From an uncultured beta proteobacterium (lineage in GTDB: Bacteria > Pseudomonadota > Gammaproteobacteria > Burkholderiales > Casimicrobiaceae), in contig CAVUKS010000002.1 in the NCBI GenBank assembly GCA_963742145.1, positions 582,969 through 646,968 on the forward strand: a stretch of DNA of 64,000 bases. The letters run 5' to 3'. The notes beneath the pieces were generated by a model. The model searched no databases, was not told the DNA's origin, and was given only the letters and a program-made list of their open reading frames with translations. This document shows positions 1-10,883 of the stretch, in pieces (position 1 is the stretch's first letter; each line of letters begins with the position of its first letter). Position numbers and translations under genes: made by a program.

Positions 1-2
1 AC

Positions 3-449
3 GACCACCCCGACCCGTCGATCTTCCTGGTCCTGCAGTCGCAAAGCGACACGCCGGGCGTGGATACGATCGACTTCGCGATCTTCCCGCCGCGCATCCT
101 GGCGATGGAAGACACGTTCCGGCCGCCATGGTTTCATCGCAACGTCGCCAGCGAGTTCATGGGACTGATCCACGGCGTGTACGATGCCAAGGCCGAGGGC
201 TTCATGCCCGGCGGCGCGAGCCTGCACAACTGCATGAGCGGTCACGGGCCGGACGCCGAGACTTTCGAGAAAGCCAGCGCCGCCGACCTGTCGCAGCCGA
301 CGCGCATCCGCGACACGATGGCCTTCATGTTCGAGACGCGGGCGGTGATCCAGCCCACGCGCGCGGCGCTCGAATCCGCGCAGCTGCAAAGCGAATATTT
401 CCGGTGCTGGGAGGGTCTCAAGAAGAACTTCGACCCTTCGCGGCGCTAG
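3..449 (+). CDS. hmgA: homogentisate 1,2-dioxygenase, 5'-truncated by the window edge
   Basis: [26 protein letters not shown] and [15 protein letters not shown] motifs. Confidence 0.95.
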   Translation, partial: DHPDPSIFLVLQSQSDTPGVDTIDFAIFPPRILAMEDTFRPPWFHRNVASEFMGLIHGVYDAKAEGFMPGGASLHNCMSGHGPDAETFEKASAADLSQPTRIRDTMAFMFETRAVIQPTRAALESAQLQSEYFRCWEGLKKNFDPSRR

Positions 450-606
450 TTGCACTGGAGCGCCTCAGGCCTCCGTCGGCACGAGCGCGTGACGAAGCGC
501 TACACTGCTCCCAACGACGCGTCAGGGCGTTGGATTTACTATCCTTTACGAATGCCGAAGAAGGCGCGCCGGCCTGCACTGGCGGACCGGCGCCTGATCG
601 CGCGGG

Positions 607-1449
607 TCAGGGGTACAGCGAGACGTACCCGTTGATCCAGTCGAGGATCGGCTGCCGATCGATCCGATAGCCCCATGCGCCGCCCCTGCAATTGAAGTTT
701 ATGAACGATGTCACCGCCATAATCGTGCGACTATCCTCGAGCAGAAGCGGGCTGCCCGAGTCGCCTTGGCACATTCCGCCGCCGGTACCCGGAGCGTTCG
801 TGACCTGAATGTTGTACCCGTCGGTGAACTGGTTGTTCATGTTTATGAGCTGAACGGTTCCCGCGACGCGTTCGAACTCGAAGTCGATGACAGGCACCCA
901 GCCTTCGGCGCCGTAGCCGACCACGTCGAACTCCACATTCTGCTTCCCGCGCCTGGTGGCGAGGCTGTCAAGCGTCCCAGCTTCCGGCAGCACGCCATAC
1001 TCGGCCAGGAACACCGGCTGGTCGAGCACAATGATGCCGAGATCATGCGTTTCCGGGACGATCTGGTGCCCGGGCCATTCGGGATGCGGATGCGCCGTTC
1101 CGGTGACCGAGAGCGGGCTGCCATATTCCGGCCAGCCGCCCGGAACCATCAGAGGCTTGAGGTCGCTCTGGAACCACACGCTGGCCGGTCCGGGTACCAG
1201 GTTGGTGCGGGGCAGCGTGGTGCAATGCGCGGCCGTCAACACGACACGGGGCGAGATGAGCGTCCCGCTGCAGTACCGAACCCACTCAAGGGAGTCGTTG
1301 TAGACAAGGATGTTAGCTACGTAGGGATGATCGTTGTTGTCAGGCTCGCCGAACTGCACTGCGGACGCCGGCATCGCGACGGCAAGTCCGATCGCTGCGG
1401 CTGCGGCGAGCGTTGCCGTGACGAACTTGGTACGAGAGCGTGGAGACAT
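607..1449 (-). CDS. secreted S1 (chymotrypsin-fold) serine protease
   Basis: Signal peptide; triad motifs CSGTLI..VLTAAHC, HDLG and CQGDSGSP; AAGGAA RBS upstream of ATG 1449. Confidence 0.9.
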   Translation of the reverse strand: MSPRSRTKFVTATLAAAAAIGLAVAMPASAVQFGEPDNNDHPYVANILVYNDSLEWVRYCSGTLISPRVVLTAAHCTTLPRTNLVPGPASVWFQSDLKPLMVPGGWPEYGSPLSVTGTAHPHPEWPGHQIVPETHDLGIIVLDQPVFLAEYGVLPEAGTLDSLATRRGKQNVEFDVVGYGAEGWVPVIDFEFERVAGTVQLINMNNQFTDGYNIQVTNAPGTGGGMCQGDSGSPLLLEDSRTIMAVTSFINFNCRGGAWGYRIDRQPILDWINGYVSLYP

Positions 1450-1838
1450 GATGTGCTTCCTTTCAATGGCAGCTTGGTTGGCCGGGATCCTTCCTGCGTT
1501 GCGCCGGTCGCTTAAGAGCCTGTCGTGGCACGCAGGGGCCGGATTCACCGTCCGCTACGTCATCGGCTCTGTCGGGCAGAGTAGGAGCGCGCCGAACGGG
1601 AGGAAAGCTGCTTGCGACGAGTCCGGGAAAAGACGGACCAGAACCGGAAGAACCGGGAGTGAACTCGGTGCGCTGTTGATTCAATTCCAGAACAGGTGCG
1701 GCGCTCGAATCCGGTAGCGAGGGCATGCGCACACAAGCAACGAATGTCGCTTGGCCGCCAGAGACCGCTCGCATCGCTGCCGCGGCGGACTTCGACACCG
1801 CTCAACTAGGCTGACCCCACGGTCCGTCGTGGCGCGCC

Positions 1839-4523
1839 CTATTTGAAGGCGTACGTCAGCCGCGCGTAGAACACGCGTCCGCGCGGGTCGGCGTAAAAGG
1901 GGTCCCAGCCTGCGGGTGCGGCATTGGTGAAAGGTGGCGCACGGTCCATCAGATTCTTGACGCCGAGCGTAATCGTCGTGTTCGTGAATCCCGCGTAGCG
2001 ACCCTGGATGTCCCAGATGTCGTAAGGCGAAACGCGTCGCGGCAGCGGGGTCGACTGTTCGCGTCTTCAAAGCCGCTTTGATACGTCTGCGCGAGCGTGG
2101 CGCCCCAGGAACCGTAATCCCAGTTCAGCGACGCGTAGTGCCGCCAGCGCGGCAGGGGTCCTCCGACCGAAACGCGGCCAACGCCGGACACGTACGTTGA
2201 TCCTTCCGGCTGGATCTTCCAGACGCTGATGTAAGTCCCGTTGAGGCCGAAGCTCAACCGGCCGAAAGAGGTATCCGGTCCGCGCCAGCTCACGTCGACG
2301 TCGAACCCCGACGTGCGCACGTGGCCGAGGTTCTGGTTCAGGAGCAGGACGGTCTGGATCGGGCCGGGTAGGTTGGGATACAAAGGATTGATGGGTCCGC
2401 GGACGATATTGGTCGGCTCGTAGTACGCGAAGTTGTTGAAGATCGCGTCCTCGCTGAGCTGGCCGATGTTGTTGTTCTTGTTGATCTTCCAGTAATCGAC
2501 CGCGAGCGACAGTCCCTTGACCGCTTCCCAGACGACGCCGGCATTGAACTGTTCCGACTTCTCCGGCTTGAGGTCGGGATTGCCGCCGCTTGCCGTAGGA
2601 AATAATGCTTCGCAATCCTGAGGCGATCCGGTAATGGGGCAGCGCACCGGATCGTCATGCGATTCCTCGGTGGTAAAGCGCTGTTGCGGCGTGTAGACGT
2701 CGTAGAGCGTCGGCGCGCGAAAACCGGTGCCCCAGGAGCTTCGCAGCAGCAGCATCGGTAGCGGCTGCCAGCGCAGCGCGACCTTGGGATTGGTCGTGCC
2801 TCCGAAATCGCTGTAGTGGTCGTAACGCGCGGCGAGCTGCGCCTCGACGGTTTTCAGGATCGGCACGATGGCTTCGACGAACAGCGACCCCACATTGCGG
2901 GTCGCGGCGACGGGTTGGCTGGCGAGTCCGCCCAGCTCGCCGGAGGTGATGAACGATGCGAACTGGTTGTCGAGCCGCTCGCGCCGTGCCTCGCCCCCGA
3001 GCGCGATCGCCAGAGGGCCGGCGGGGAGGTTCCAGACTTCCTTCGATCCCCTGAGGTCGAGCTGGACCGTGGTCCCGGTGGCCGTGTGCGCGTCGCCACT
3101 CAGCTGAGTCGCCGCGAGCAGCGCATCGCCTTTGGGCCCGGACGCGCCGAAGGGATTGATGAGACCCGTCGCGAACGCGTCGACGAGGCGCTGGGTGGAA
3201 GCCCAACCGCTGGTGAAGTCTTCGCTTTGTTGATTGCGGCTGTAGATCAGCGCCGCGCCGTAGGTCCAGCCGGCCGCGATCCCCTCGGCGCCGACGACGG
3301 CGCGCCAGGCGGAGGTCGTGACGTCGACGCCTCGCGGCCCCAGAGGGATCGCTCGGTAAAACAGGTTGAGGTCGCCGGAAATCCCGTTGGCCGCGGCGAA
3401 GTCGGTCGGATAGTACGGGCCGCCCTCGGGATAGAGCAGCGGATTCCCCGTGTTGGTCGTAAATTGCGAAACCGGCATCGGCGCCGCCCTGATCGTCATT
3501 TCGTTCCGCGTGTAGCCGAGCTCCGCGAACAGCAGATGGTCGACGTTGAGCTGGAATGCACCGCGAGCCGAAGACCCCCAGCCGCTCGACCGGGGGAATG
3601 GCATTGACCAGCGGCGCGAAATCGAATCCGCACGCCGGGATGTCAGGGAATCGGAAGAGACGATGGAGGCGCGCAGCCGCTCGCGTAGCTCGGATTGTAG
3701 AAACCCCTCGGTGACAAGATGTTGGCTGGAAACGTGTTCGGCGCCAGGGTTGATGACACCTTCGTCGGGCAGGTAACCCGTGCGGGTATACGGGCGTGCG
3801 GTATTCGCAAGCGCCTGGTCCTTCTGGTAGCTCACAGTGGCAAAGACGTTGAAGCGATCCTTCAGAAGATCGCCGTAGCCGCCGGTGACGACCGCCTGAT
3901 ACTGGTCTGCCGCCGCCGTGCTCGGTCCAGCCGCCGTAACCCGTCGCTTCGAGGCCCTGGAAATCCTTGCGCAGGATGAAGTTGACGACGCCGGCGATCG
4001 CGTCGGCGCCGTAGATCGCCGAGGCGCCGTCCTTGAGGATCTCGACGCGCTCGACCGCCGAAAGCGGGATCGAATTCACGTCTACGGCGCCGCCGTCGAA
4101 CGCGTAGTTCGCGACGCGGCGTCCGTTCAGCAGGACGAGCGTCGAGCCGCTGCCGATGCCGCGCAGATTGACGCTCGACAGACCCGGCACACCGGCCCCG
4201 AGTGAGCTCATCCGGTCGTTCTGGCCGACGATGTTGGCCGAGACCTTCGCCATCATCTCCGCCACCGTCGTCGAGCCGCTGCGCTCGATTTCCTCGCGCG
4301 TGATGACCTGTATGGGCAACGCCGATTCGATTTCGGTGCGCGGAATATGCGACCCCGTGACCTCGATCCTTTCGAGCTTGACGATGGGGTCGGTGTCGTC
4401 CTGCGACCACGCCGGTACGGACGTCGCGGCTAGGAGAAACGTGGCCGAGGCGTTCACGACCGCATGCCCGAACAACGCTGTCACGGTGCGTGGCGTCAGT
4501 CGATTTGGCCGAGACGAAGTCAT
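1839..4523 (-). CDS. TonB-dependent receptor (frameshifted)
   Basis: TonB box LERIEVTGS; plug motifs LRG..TLVLLNGRR and ERVEILKDGASAIYGADAIAGVVNFI; barrel motifs ARYDHYSDFG and GGNPDLKPE; C-terminus GRVFYARLTYAFK. Confidence 0.9.
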
Positions 4524-5700
4524 GCGACTCCGGCAACGGGCGCCGTCGATAGCGGAACGGCGATCGATCATCGCGACGACGCCGCGCGGCGCGTTCGCCG
4601 AGAGCGTCAGGCGGCCCGCGGACCCGTACATTCCGGAAAGTCGGGCCCGGATGTTGGCGAGCCCAGTGCCGCCGCCTGACGACTTGGCGAAGCCGCCGCC
4701 GGAATCGGAGACCCGCACCTGCAGCTCGCCGTCTTTCGCTGCCGCGCTCACGTTCACGGTTCCGCCCTCGGGCAGCGGCGCGAGCCCATGTTTGATCGCA
4801 TTCTCCGCGAGCGTCAGCAGCATCATCGGCGGCAGGCGGGCATCGCGCAGCGACGCCGGAATCGTGATGTCGAACGCAAGCCGGCGGCCCATCCTGATCT
4901 TCTGGATGCCGAGGTACGACTCCGTCAGCTCGGCTTCTCGACCGAACGTCGAATCGGCCGCCCGCATCTGTGGCAAGGCGACCTCGAAATAGCGCATCAG
5001 GTTGTCCAGCATCGTCGCGGCGTCGGCGGGATCGGTCTGAAAGAGCCGGCGGACGGTGGCGAGCGCGTTGAACAGGAAGTGCGGCTCGATCTGCGCCTGC
5101 AGCGTCCGCAAGCGCGCTTCCTCCATCCGCTGGACAAAGCGGGCGCGGGCGCTCTCGGCCTCCTGCGCGCGGGCGACGCTTTCGTCGCCTTCGCGGAGGT
5201 AGACGAACACGACCGCGAAGAGCGCGCACAGCGAGCCGTGTTTGATCCACGCCCCGATGATCGGCAGCGGGAACTGTTCGCCGTAGCAGGCCTGGAAGGA
5301 AGCCTGGAGGGAGCCGCCGCATTCCACGGCGGCCTCCGTAACAACCCAAGCAGCGACGCCCGCGAGCGACGACAGCAGAAAGGCTACGGCCAGCGACCGC
5401 ATAACGCAGCGGAGCGCTTGCGCGGGGCGAGGTTGTACGTCGCGACGACGGCGAGCACGATCGGCGCGGCGACGATCAGTCCGTATGCGGTCATTCTCAC
5501 TGAATCGATCAAAAAGACGTCCAACGTGTCGCCCGCCCACAAACCCACGATGTTCCGGCGCACTCCGTTGATCAGGCAGACGAGCGCGACGAGACCGAGC
5601 CCCTTCCAGGTCAGGCCGGTGAACCACGGCTCTCGCGGCCTCGGACTCGGCGGCGGAAGCGTTGGGAGCGCATCTCGACTCGTCTTGAACCGTGGTCTTC
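4520..5700 (-). CDS. LytS/YehU-family membrane sensor histidine kinase (frameshifted; start approximate)
   Basis: TM N-terminus; LQAQIEPHFLFN H-box, ENAIKHG N-box, DSGGGF and GTGLANIRARL; corrected stop overlaps the TBDR start (ATGA). Confidence 0.85.
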
Positions 5701-6882
5701 GTGCGTATCCCCCGGGCGGCTGCAAGGCTGGCGGAAAGAGTTGGGCGAATCGACCGTTGTGGCCCCATCTGCCAAGGCGCGGCGCCCTCCAGCGGAAGCT
5801 CGAAGGCCGCTTCGGTGAGTCCTCCGTCGCGCTGGCTGCAGCAGGAGGGCGGCATCGCGGCCGTAGAGCGCTGACAGCCGTTCGCGAATGTCGGCGATGC
5901 TCTCACCTTCTCGGGTAGGAACGAATCCTTCGCCGCTGTCGGTGACTGCAAGACGCACCTTGCCGTCGGCAATCCCGGCGCGAATACGGAGCGACTGGGG
6001 ACGTGAATCGCGTCTGGACGGCTGCGAGCGCGTAGTCGAGGAGCGGCAACAGCATCATCGGCGGCATGCGCGTTTCCGCCACCGCGGTCGACGACTCGAT
6101 CTCGTAAGTGAGTCTTTCGCCGAGGCGCACCTTCACGATCGCCAGATACGCCCGCGCGAGCTCGACCTCCTGTCCGACCGTCGAAGACGTGTCGCGCATC
6201 TTCGGCATCGCCGCGCGGAGGTAGGCGATCAGCTCGTCGATCATCCGTTCTCCGACCGGCGCATCGCGCTCGTAGAGCTGCTTGACTTGCGCCAGCGTAT
6301 TGAACAGGAACTGCGGCTCGACTCTGGCCTGCATCGCCTGCAGGTCCGATTCGACGCTGCGCTTCTCCGCTGCGATCCGTTCCATCTCCGCACCGTGCAT
6401 CCGTGCGCGGGCGAGGGCCGCGCGGCGGCGCTCGTTGATCACCCAGACGACGCCGGCACCGAACAGCACCGTTTCAAGGAATATGTAAGACCAGGCGCCG
6501 ACTCGGAGGTGTCGGGCCGTCCCATTCCAGCACGACGCCAAGCACGACAGGTCCCGCGGTGAAGGCCAGAAGAGTGCCCGCCGCTGCTCCCGCGACGACC
6601 GCGAGCGCGTAGGCGCCGCGGCGATCAGGATCCTTGCCAGTGGCGCGATCGGCGGCAACCATCGCCAGCAGCAACGCGAACGCCTTGATCTCGTCGGCAA
6701 CGAAGTGGCCCACCACCCAGTCGGGCGGCCTCACCCGGGTCACCGCGCACGCCCAAGCAGTGAAGGAGAAGCAGCCCGAGGCCGAGCAGGAACGTGGTAC
6801 CGATCTGCCGGCGCGTGATGTTGCGCCATGCTTCGAGCACGACGCGCGGTGTCAGACGGGTAGGCGGCGAGCGCTCGCTCAT
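5701..6882 (-). CDS. LytS-family kinase-like protein with degenerate catalytic motifs (frameshifted; 3' end approximate)
   Basis: TM N-terminus; LQAMQARVEPQFLFNTL, MPPMMLLPLLDYAL and DSGEGF..GESIADIRERL. Confidence 0.8.
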
Positions 6883-6900
6883 GTTCTCGCTCCGGATGGG

Positions 6901-7646
6901 CTACATCTGCTTGAACAGGTGCACGTACGGCTCGCTCACCGCCAATGTCTCCTTGCGCTCTTTCAGCTTCACCCTCAAATGCCCGCCGATGTCGCGCGTG
7001 ACGCCGGCGATCGCGTTGACGTTCACCAGCGTCGAGCGGTGGATCTGCCAGAAGATCTGCGGGTCGAGCTCGTCGATCAGCTCCTTGATCGGCCGCCGGA
7101 TCAGCGATTCCTGCTGCGGCGTGACGACCAGCGTGTACTTGTTGTCGGCCTGGAAGTAGCAGATCTCGTCGACCGTGATCAGGCGCAGGTCGTTGCCCTG
7201 CGAGGCAGTGATCCAGCGCAGGTACTCCTTGCGGGCTGCCGGCCTGCGCGAGCAGCCTTCAGCAGCCCGTCGAGATTGGCGGGTGCGCTCGCGACCCTCT
7301 CCTTGAGCCGCGCGACGGTGGTGGCGAGTCGCGCGGCCGAGAAGGGCTTCATCACGTAGTCGACGGCACCCTGCTCGAAGGCGGCGACCGCGTACTTGTC
7401 GTAGGCGGTGACGAACACGACGTGGCACTTGCCGCTCGCCTGCTTCGCGACCTCGAGCCCGGACATCCCGGGCATCTGGATGTCGAGGAACAGGATGTCC
7501 GGCGCGTACCGATGAGCGCGCGCAGCGCCTCGATGCCGTCCTCGGCCTCGGCGCAGATGACGAGCTCGGGCCAGAGCTTTCGCGAGGGTGTCGCGCAGCT
7601 CCGCGCGCAGGACCGGCTCGTCTTCGGCGATCACGGCCTTTAACAC
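6901..7646 (-). CDS. LytTR-family response regulator (frameshifted)
   Basis: REC motifs IAEDE, LFLDIQMPG, VTAY and MKP; LytTR motif FWQIHRSTLVN; GGAGG RBS before the GTG start. Confidence 0.92.
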
Positions 7647-7964
7647 GCTCGCCTCCCCTGGCGGTCGATTCGATTCACCTGCCGATCTGCCGCCGGCCTT
7701 GGCGCCATTAGATCTTACGGAACGGAAACCGCCAGCGGCAAGCCGGATGCCGCCAATGTAGGTGAACTGCCGAGCCGGAGGCGAAAATGCGACAGAATCG
7801 GCCAATTGCGGTGTGGATCCGGTCGTGGGGCGAGTGAAACCAGTCGGAAATGCGACGAATTTGTCTGCAAGGAGTTGCGGATTCCTGTTCGCCGTCGGCG
7901 TCCCACCGCCATTTCCGCGCCGTCGGTCCAGTAGAATTGTCCCTTTGACGAACGGAACACTCGT

Positions 7965-8741
7965 ATGAGCTACGAAAACATTCTCGTCGAGACCCGCGAC
8001 CGCGTCGGTCTCGTCCGTCTCAATCGGCCGCAGCGGATGAACGCGCTCAACGATGCACTGGCCAAGGAACTCTCTCACGCGCTGCATGCATTCGACGCCG
8101 ATGACGGCGTTGGCTGCATCGTCATCACCGGCAACGAGAAGGCCTTCGCCGCCGGAGCGGACATCGGCGCGATGGCCGAGTGGGACTACGCCAAGGTGCA
8201 TCGCGACGACTACATCACGCGCGACTGGGAGGACGTCATCCGCATCCGCAAGCCGGTCATCGCGGCCGTCGCCGGCTATGCGCTGGGGGGCGGGTGCGAG
8301 CTGGCGATGTCCTGCGACACGATCATCGCCGCGGACAATGCGAAATTCGGCCAGCCGGAAATCACGATCGGCACCATCCCCGGCATGGGCGGCACTCAGC
8401 GCCTGCCGCGCGCCATCGGCAAAGCCAAGGCCATGGATTGGTGCCTGACGGGACGCATGGTCGACGTGGTCGAAGCGGAGCGCGCGGGGCTGGTGGCACG
8501 CATCGTCCCGGTGGCGGATCTGGAGAAGGAGGCGCTGGCCTTCGCCGGCAAGATCGCGTCGTTCTCGCTGCCCGTCGTGCTCAAGGTCAAGGAGGCGATC
8601 AACCGCGCGTACGAGTCGTCGCTGGCCGAGGGGCTCAAATTCGAGCGCCGCGAATTCCACTCGACGTTCGCGCTCGACGACCAGAAGGAGGGCATGCGCG
8701 CGTTCGTCGAAAAGCGCAAGCCGACGTTCAAGCACCGCTAG
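7965..8741 (+). CDS. enoyl-CoA hydratase (crotonase family)
   Basis: AFAAGADI, GYALGGGCELAM and FGQPEI..GTIPGMGGTQRL. Confidence 0.95.
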   Translation: MSYENILVETRDRVGLVRLNRPQRMNALNDALAKELSHALHAFDADDGVGCIVITGNEKAFAAGADIGAMAEWDYAKVHRDDYITRDWEDVIRIRKPVIAAVAGYALGGGCELAMSCDTIIAADNAKFGQPEITIGTIPGMGGTQRLPRAIGKAKAMDWCLTGRMVDVVEAERAGLVARIVPVADLEKEALAFAGKIASFSLPVVLKVKEAINRAYESSLAEGLKFERREFHSTFALDDQKEGMRAFVEKRKPTFKHR

Positions 8742-8797
8742 CGTAGAGCGCGGTATGCCGGCAGCTGACGACCGCGCAGATTGGTAAACTACCGGAC

Positions 8798-9579
8798 ATG
8801 GACCGCTCGTTGCAGGACATCGTTGTCGACCGGCCGGAGCAAGGCGTCGTGCGGCTTACGCTGCATCGCCCGGATTTTCGCAATGCGCTGCGAACGCAGA
8901 CGCTTGCCGAAATCGCGGCGCAGCTCGACGCCGCTCAGGCCGACCCGGCAACGCGCGTCGTGATTCTCACCGGCGGCCTCGACTGCTTCGCTGCCGGCGC
9001 CGACGTGCGCGAAATGGCTGCGTTGGGCCCGCTGGAAATTCTGACGCACGAGCGCCAGCGGTACTGGCGGACGATCGCGACGTTTCCCAAACCTCTCATC
9101 GGCGCCGTGTGCGGCTACGCGTTGGGTGGCGGGTGCGAGCTGGCGATGTGCTGCGACATCCTCGTCGCCGGCAACAACGCGAAGTTCGGCCAGCCGGAGG
9201 TGAACCTCGGCATGATCCCGGGCGCCGGCGGCACGCAGCGCCTTGCGCGCACGTCGGCAAGGCGCTGACGATGCAGATGGTGCTCACCGGGCAGCCGATC
9301 GGCGCGCAGGCGGCGCTTGCCGCCGGCCTGGTCGTCGAGGTCGACGAGCCGGAAAGCGCGCTCGCACGTGCCGTTGAAATCGCGTCGATCATCGCCACCA
9401 AGCCCGCGCTGGCTGTGCGCCTCGCCAAGGAAGCGGTGCTGCGCGCCTATGAAACGCCGCTGAGCGAGGGGCTGGCCGCCGAAAGGCAGGCCTTCGCGCT
9501 GCTCGCATCCAGCCACGACAGGAACGAAGGGATCGCCGCCTTCCTCGAAAAGCGCGCTCCCGCATTCACCGGCCGCTGA
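8798..9579 (+). CDS. paaF: enoyl-CoA hydratase, PaaF-like (frameshift ~9255)
   Basis: RNALRTQTL, FAAGADV, GGGCEL, GQPEVNLGMIPGAGGTQRL; C-terminus EGIAAFLEKRAPAFTGR. Confidence 0.75.
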
Positions 9580-9612
9580 ACACTACGGCCATCACCCGAC
9601 CAGGAACCGATC

Positions 9613-10275
9613 ATGCGCAAATTCATTTCGCTGTTCTCGCTTCTTGCCGTTTCCATCGCGCTCACTGCATGCCAGTCGACGTCGATCAACTCGGCGTGGT
9701 TCGACCCGAACTTCAAGGGCGGACCGATGAAAAAAATCGATATCGTGGCGCTGGGCACCAATCTCGCCAACCGTCGCGTGGCGGAGGATATCTTCGCGCA
9801 GAAGCTGCGTGACGCCGGCGTCGACGGCGTTGCCGGCTGGACCGTGATACCCGACGAGGCGCGCGCTGCGCAGCAGCCGTTCACCGAGGCGGTCACGCGC
9901 ACCGGCGCGCAGGGCCTGCTGGTCGTCAGGTTGCTCGGCGTCGATACGCGCACACAGGTGACGACGACGATGGTCCCGACGACCGGCCCGATGTGGGGCG
10001 GACCCGGCTGGGGTCCGGGCTGGGGCGGCGGTTGGGGTGGCGGCTGGGGCGGTGGCGGTGCGTTCGGCCCTGCGATGGTGCCGGTGCAGGAAGTCTCTCA
10101 ATACGACCTGGCAACGGTCGAGACCACGCTGTTCGAAGTGGCGACCGGGCGCCCCATCTGGTCGGCCAATACGCAGACGATCAATCCGTCGAACGTTCAG
10201 CGCGAAGTGCCCGGCTTTGCCGACCTCATCATCGGCCAGCTGAAGGCGCGCGGATTGATCGCCGGAGCGAAGTAG
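9613..10275 (+). CDS. putative lipoprotein (DUF4136-like) with a WGGG repeat loop
   Basis: Lipobox LTAC; GPGWGPGWGGGWGGGWGGG tract. Confidence 0.75.
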   Translation: MRKFISLFSLLAVSIALTACQSTSINSAWFDPNFKGGPMKKIDIVALGTNLANRRVAEDIFAQKLRDAGVDGVAGWTVIPDEARAAQQPFTEAVTRTGAQGLLVVRLLGVDTRTQVTTTMVPTTGPMWGGPGWGPGWGGGWGGGWGGGGAFGPAMVPVQEVSQYDLATVETTLFEVATGRPIWSANTQTINPSNVQREVPGFADLIIGQLKARGLIAGAK

Positions 10276-10293
10276 CGACGGAGGAAACGCCAA

Positions 10294-10779
10294 TCAGGGC
10301 GCGGGCTTGAAGCGCATTGCGGCGCCGTCGCTCAACGTCAGCACGAGTTCGCCGCGATCCATGCCGTAGGACGTGGCCTGCACGAGGCTACGCAGGAACT
10401 CGGCGTCCTGCGACGCGGGCAGGCAAGCCATGCGGGTAAGCGCGATCGCGCCGAACTTGATTTGTGTGCCGTTGACTTCGTAGCTGCCGCTGCCGCGATT
10501 GCAGTCGGCGCGCACGTTGACGCGTCCTCCGCCGTCGAAGGACAGGGTATACCTCTCCGGCCCCGTCGCGACGACGGCCGGCGCGCTGCCCAGAGTTGTG
10601 CGCTGCCATTGCCATACGGGCCCGACGATCATGTCGGACGCGGCGGTGATGACCGGTGGCAACGCGTTGGCGGGAACGTACGCAGGAGCGCTCCCCGATG
10701 CCGAACCCGCCGACGGCACGTTCTGGCAGCCGGTCGTGATCAACGCCAATGCGCAACTCAGCAGTGCTGTCCGATTCAT
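10294..10779 (-). CDS. META-domain (HslJ-like) lipoprotein
   Basis: Lipobox TTGC; ADCNRGSGSY and ALTRMAC META motifs. Confidence 0.88.
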   Translation of the reverse strand: MNRTALLSCALALITTGCQNVPSAGSASGSAPAYVPANALPPVITAASDMIVGPVWQWQRTTLGSAPAVVATGPERYTLSFDGGGRVNVRADCNRGSGSYEVNGTQIKFGAIALTRMACLPASQDAEFLRSLVQATSYGMDRGELVLTLSDGAAMRFKPAP

Positions 10780-10784
10780 GATTC

Positions 10785-10793
10785 ATTTTAGCA
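10785..10793 (-). promoter_or_regulatory. extended -10 element (TGcTAAAAT), 5 nt before the ATG
   Basis: Minus strand reads tgc taaaat gaatc ATG. Confidence 0.4.
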
Positions 10794-10883
10794 TCGTCGC
10801 CTAAGTGTAATACCGGCTCGCGTTCGCGAGCGCGGCGGCAGAGAGCGTGCCCCGGGTTAGAATCTCCGCGACTGAAGCGTCAC

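Noticed and set aside
2655-5972. 1105-aa kinase-TonB receptor fusion ORF
   Set aside because: An apparent GATC duplication near 4565 shifts the frame; the corrected kinase ends IAVPLSTAPVAGVA* at an ATGA overlap with the TBDR
7965-9579. Tandem crotonases as a recent duplication or complete paa operon
   Set aside because: The two proteins are clearly diverged outside core motifs, and no paaABCDE/paaK genes are in the window
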